A stretch of DNA of 63,945 bases, filler included, from Olpidium bornovanus S191 (lineage: Eukaryota > Fungi > Olpidiomycota), in NCBI GenBank assembly GCA_017911155.1. It is 26 parts of 26 records of this genome, joined end to end, with 100 filler letters (N's around TTAATTAATTAA, not from the genome) between each part and the next. Parts side by side here need not be neighbours in the genome. Positions count along the whole stretch, not along the records: positions 57,565 to 62,569 come from JAEFCI010012359.1; positions 62,670 to 63,945 come from JAEFCI010000924.1; 24 more parts are not named here. The stretch is one strand, 5' to 3'. The notes beneath the pieces were generated by a model that worked only from the letters and a program-made list of their open reading frames with translations, was not told the origin of the DNA and did not search any database. The position numbers and the translations under genes are program-made. Shown one piece after another: positions 60,548-63,945 of the stretch. The stretch's first letter is position 1. Every line of letters starts with the position of its first letter.

Positions 60548-62220
60548 TTAAAAGGACGAGAGAAAACTTGCTATGGCCTGGTGCCGCCTCACCTCTTCTT
60601 CGGACGCCGTCACCGACCGATCGGCCGTGATTCTGGCCGTGCCAAGCGCGTCCTTTACCTTGTCCTCCACCCCGTTCTCCACCCCGAGTTTGCCTTCGGC
60701 CGCTTTCGTTTCCGCCGGGGTCGGCGCTTCACCCTTCGCCTTGGCCGTCTTTGCGCGGATCGCGGCCAGCCGCGCATCCGCCTGCTCCCTCCGCCTGTCC
60801 TTGACGCTGCGGTGGAGGGCGCGCTGCATCTCCGTCTAAAACAAAGAAACGGAAAGAAAGGCGAACGGACGTTGGTATTCCCCCCGCCTCGCCCCGGCCT
60901 CTAACGTGTCCCCGAACGGTCCATCCCAGAGCGCCATGCGGCAAGCACGTGTAAAAACATTTCCCCCTGACCTTCTGCCGAATTGCGTTCAGTTCTTCCA
61001 TTTGGACCGCCCTCTCCTCTTCGGCGGTCGAGAACTTGTAGAACCCCACGCCTTTGGTGCGGACTTCCTTGGACGCGTCATAATGCAGCGGCCCTCGCTC
61101 GATCTCGGCGTGCGCGTCAGCTTCCCCCCGCCGCCGCTCCATTTCCCGGCGCATGTCCTCTGACATCATCTCCGGGAGGAGCGCGCCGTCCGGCCTGCAC
61201 GAGCGGAGGGGAAGAAGAGAAAAAACTCGACAAATTCAGGGCGCTTGCAAAGCCCAGTGTGCGCTTTACTCGACCATGCAAATTATCGTTACCCGGTCGG
61301 TGGCGGCTCTTCCTTGAGCACCTGGCTCCGTCGGGCGACCCGCACCCGCCCGAACTCGTCCGTGTACTCGACCCAGGGGTCCTCCTAAAGCAGGCCGACC
61401 GGCGAAGATAAGATGATCGCCGCCAAAATGTTCAGGACAGCAACAAGCAAACGGACCGCGTACCTCCTCCACTTCTGGCGCCGAAGCTTCTTCAACGCAC
61501 TGGTAACCAGCGGAGCGAAGTCGCACGTGAACGGGAACGCAACGCCGTTGGAACATTTTAACGGCAGAAGAATCAGATGAATCGTGCAAAACGAAACGGA
61601 CGGCCCGCACCTCGTCTTCATTCAGTATCTTTCGGTCAAAATCTACCAGCAACTCCTCCTTCGCAGTTTTTGAGAGGCTTTCTTGCGGTTGCCGAGACGA
61701 AATATACGTATATCAGTGTCTTCTTTCGAGCTCGCCGTTCCTCGCCGCAATCGAAAGCGGCTTCCGACAAATACGCACCGTCACCCTCGCGCTTTAGCCG
61801 CTCGTAAAGCTTGGCCTTTTCCTCCAGGATCTTCCTGTGGGCCTCCCAGTCGAGTGCTTCTGGCGGCTTCCGCTCGGACTGGTCAAAACGGCTCCTCCCT
61901 TCTACGCCCGCGTTCTTTTTTTGCCACACCGACGGCTTCTTTACGGGCTTTCTCGCCGCGACACTGGTGAACGACGCAGCGGCCTTCTCCCTGTTGAAAG
62001 CGGCCTGCTGTTTCGCGAGCTCGACCTTCAGGTCGATCACCTGGCGGAAAAAAAAACCGGCGGGAGGAATTCGAGCAAGCTTGAGCGGGCGGGCGCGCGC
62101 GCGGGCACCGACCGACAGAACGTCACCAGAAGCCCCGCAGAACGAACGCACCGACACGCTGCTCAAGTCCAGCGGCGCCTTCCGCTTCTTCGAGGAGACC
62201 CCGGGACCCGGGGCCGCCAT
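60548..62220 (-). CDS. CCDC174: CCDC174 (DUF4078) family protein
   Basis: DLKVELAK, LEEKAKLYERL, LVDF, VEYTDEFGR.R and HYDASKEVRTKGVGFYKFS..EE.R..QMEEL, over multiple exons. Confidence 0.9.
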
Positions 62221-62454
62221 CTCTGTCGGCCGGACGAGCTCGCGGGGCAGGCGGGAGCCGAGCGTTTGACGACGTTACCCGCGCCAGGCGTCCAACCACG
62301 ACGCCCTTCCGGCCTCTCACTCCCGTTTACTACCACTCGCCGCGCGCAGCTTCCTGCCCGCTTCCACCGCCGTGGCCTCTCCCAGCGGCGCGATGGCGAG
62401 CCGTTGCCCAGACGGGGCAATTTTCGTTTCTTTCTTTTTCTTCCTCTTTTTTTA

Positions 62455-62501
<47 letters not shown>

Positions 62502-63945
62502 TGTTTGGGGGCGCTCCAACCCCCACCCCCCTCCCCCGCGGGGGGGTTTTTTGCGCCTCCCCCTTTCAANNNNNNNNNNNNNNNNNNNNNNNNNNNNNNN
62601 NNNNNNNNNNNNNTTAATTAATTAANNNNNNNNNNNNNNNNNNNNNNNNNNNNNNNNNNNNNNNNNNNNACACGACCAATCTGCCCGCGGGTGACGTTCC
62701 GTACCGCGGGTGGGTCTCGCCCGAAGAGGAGCAGGAAGAGGAGGTCGCTTTCGCTAACGCGAGCACAAGGGTACGGGATTTCCGCGCATGATACAATGAA
62801 GCCCGTTTAGGCGGCGCGCGGCGGACTGTAAACGGGCTCGTGCGGGGCTTCCGCCGCTCTCGAACAGAGCCGGGTGCGTGCGACCACGGGGGCGGGACCG
62901 GCGTGGAAATTCATCGTCGGCCGGAGCGGGCTCCGCGCTGCAGGTCTGCGCTGCGGCTTCTTCAATTGTCACATAATTCCCCACCCCCCCCCCCTCCCCT
63001 CCTCCCCCTCCTTTTCCTTCCCGTTGTCAAGCTCACCCCGTAAAGCCCCTATTTTGTTAGTATTAGATAATGTGGGGGCGGGTGGGGGGGAACGATGTTG
63101 CGACTGCCGCAAGGTTCCGCATGTGATGGCACTTTAGAAGCTATTGTGAGGGCTCGGAAAAAAACGTAAACAGAAAAGGAAGGCAGCTCCGAGCCGACCG
63201 CATGTGGAGGAGGCCAAATCGCCGCATGAAAGGGCTTGAAAGCCAGGGCCGGCAAATTTAGCTAAAAGTTCACATATATACTTATGCAAGCCAGCGGGGA
63301 GTCAAATGCCCGGGGCACTGGGAACCGCGTCCTCATGTGACGGGGTGGTGCCCGGTTCACGGTAAACGCTCGCGCGCGAGATATGCTTGGTTTCCCGATC
63401 TTCCCCGAGATCCGTATGTGCGGCGCGCCTTCTGTCCGAGGTGAAGCTCGACGGGTCGCACGGCCTTCGACAGCAAAAAAGGGACGGGCTCGCGGATGGG
63501 CCCCCGCCAGCCCCCCAGCCCCTGCCCCCGCCCACCTCGACTTCGCTTGGCCGGGAGGTGCGGCCTTCACGAGGCTAAACCGGGCAAAATAGCCTGCCTA
63601 CAAGGAGGGCGGGGGGGGGGGGGGGGGGGGGGGGAAGTTGGTTTTTTTATTTTTTTTTTTCGGCGAAAAAGCCTCTTTTTCTGCTTCGCCGCGCCTGTCG
63701 ACTCCAAGTTCTACGTGACCAGAAAATGGGAGAGGGGGGGGAAGGATGGGGAGGGGAGGGAGGGGGGGGGTTGTGAAGCAAAGACTAGTCCATGTTTTAT
63801 TTTTTTATTTTTATTTCAACCAAACCTCGGAAAACCCCCGGCCGCGCGCGGGGGCGGCGGGGTGCGCGGCGTAAGCCGCCTCGGCGAGGATGTTGCGGAC
63901 GAGCGGGCTCGCGGCCTTGTGTTCCGGGTCCGCCTTTCCTTTCCT

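Noticed and set aside
62670-63945. Structured ncRNA (snRNA, SRP, RNase P/MRP) in the last contig
   Set aside because: I could not find the conserved U1, U2, U5, U6, SRP or RNase P/MRP motifs by eye. An Infernal/Rfam scan would settle it.

Overview
This is not one continuous locus. It is 26 short eukaryotic contigs (about 1.0-8.9 kb) joined by 25 identical 100-nt spacers (44 N + TTAATTAATTAA + 44 N, giving stops in all six frames), so gene order across spacers means nothing. The DNA is GC-rich, full of short GT-AG introns and long homopolymer tracts. The gene set points to a fungus, probably an early-diverging one: RGD1-type RhoGAP, BCD1 and an intron-containing acetate kinase sit alongside FANCJ/BRIP1, MFSD10, TMEM70 and CCDC174 homologues. 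It reminds me of the fragmented Olpidium assembly, but that is inference only. Recognisable genes, many partial: ArsB/NhaD-type permease, MFSD10, RhoGAP, a five-repeat Myb protein, histidine phosphatase, BRE1, alpha/beta hydrolase, importin alpha, a tyrosine phosphatase, BCD1, mitochondrial IF2, a UVRAG/Vps38-like protein, acetate kinase, CRAL-TRIO, SUI1, a C2H2 protein, PRP4, FANCJ, RasGEF, TMEM70 and CCDC174. I found no rRNA, tRNA or CRISPR array, and no clearly new multi-gene system. The best leads are: (1) very short LTRs (87-154 bp, mostly TGTTG...CAACA), including a solo LTR nested in a Ty3/gypsy-type gag that also overlaps a Ty5/copia-type half-tRNA primer site; (2) an inverted pair of LTR-like units just upstream of an orphan secreted protein; (3) a perfect 22-bp hairpin; (4) a penta-Myb protein with a mitochondrial-presequence-like N-terminus; (5) a G-to-D change in FANCJ helicase motif VI; (6) micro-exons carrying both signature motifs of the ArsB-like permease; (7) CATG at 18 of 50 contig ends. 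Coordinates, splice models and family calls were derived by hand, with no database searches.
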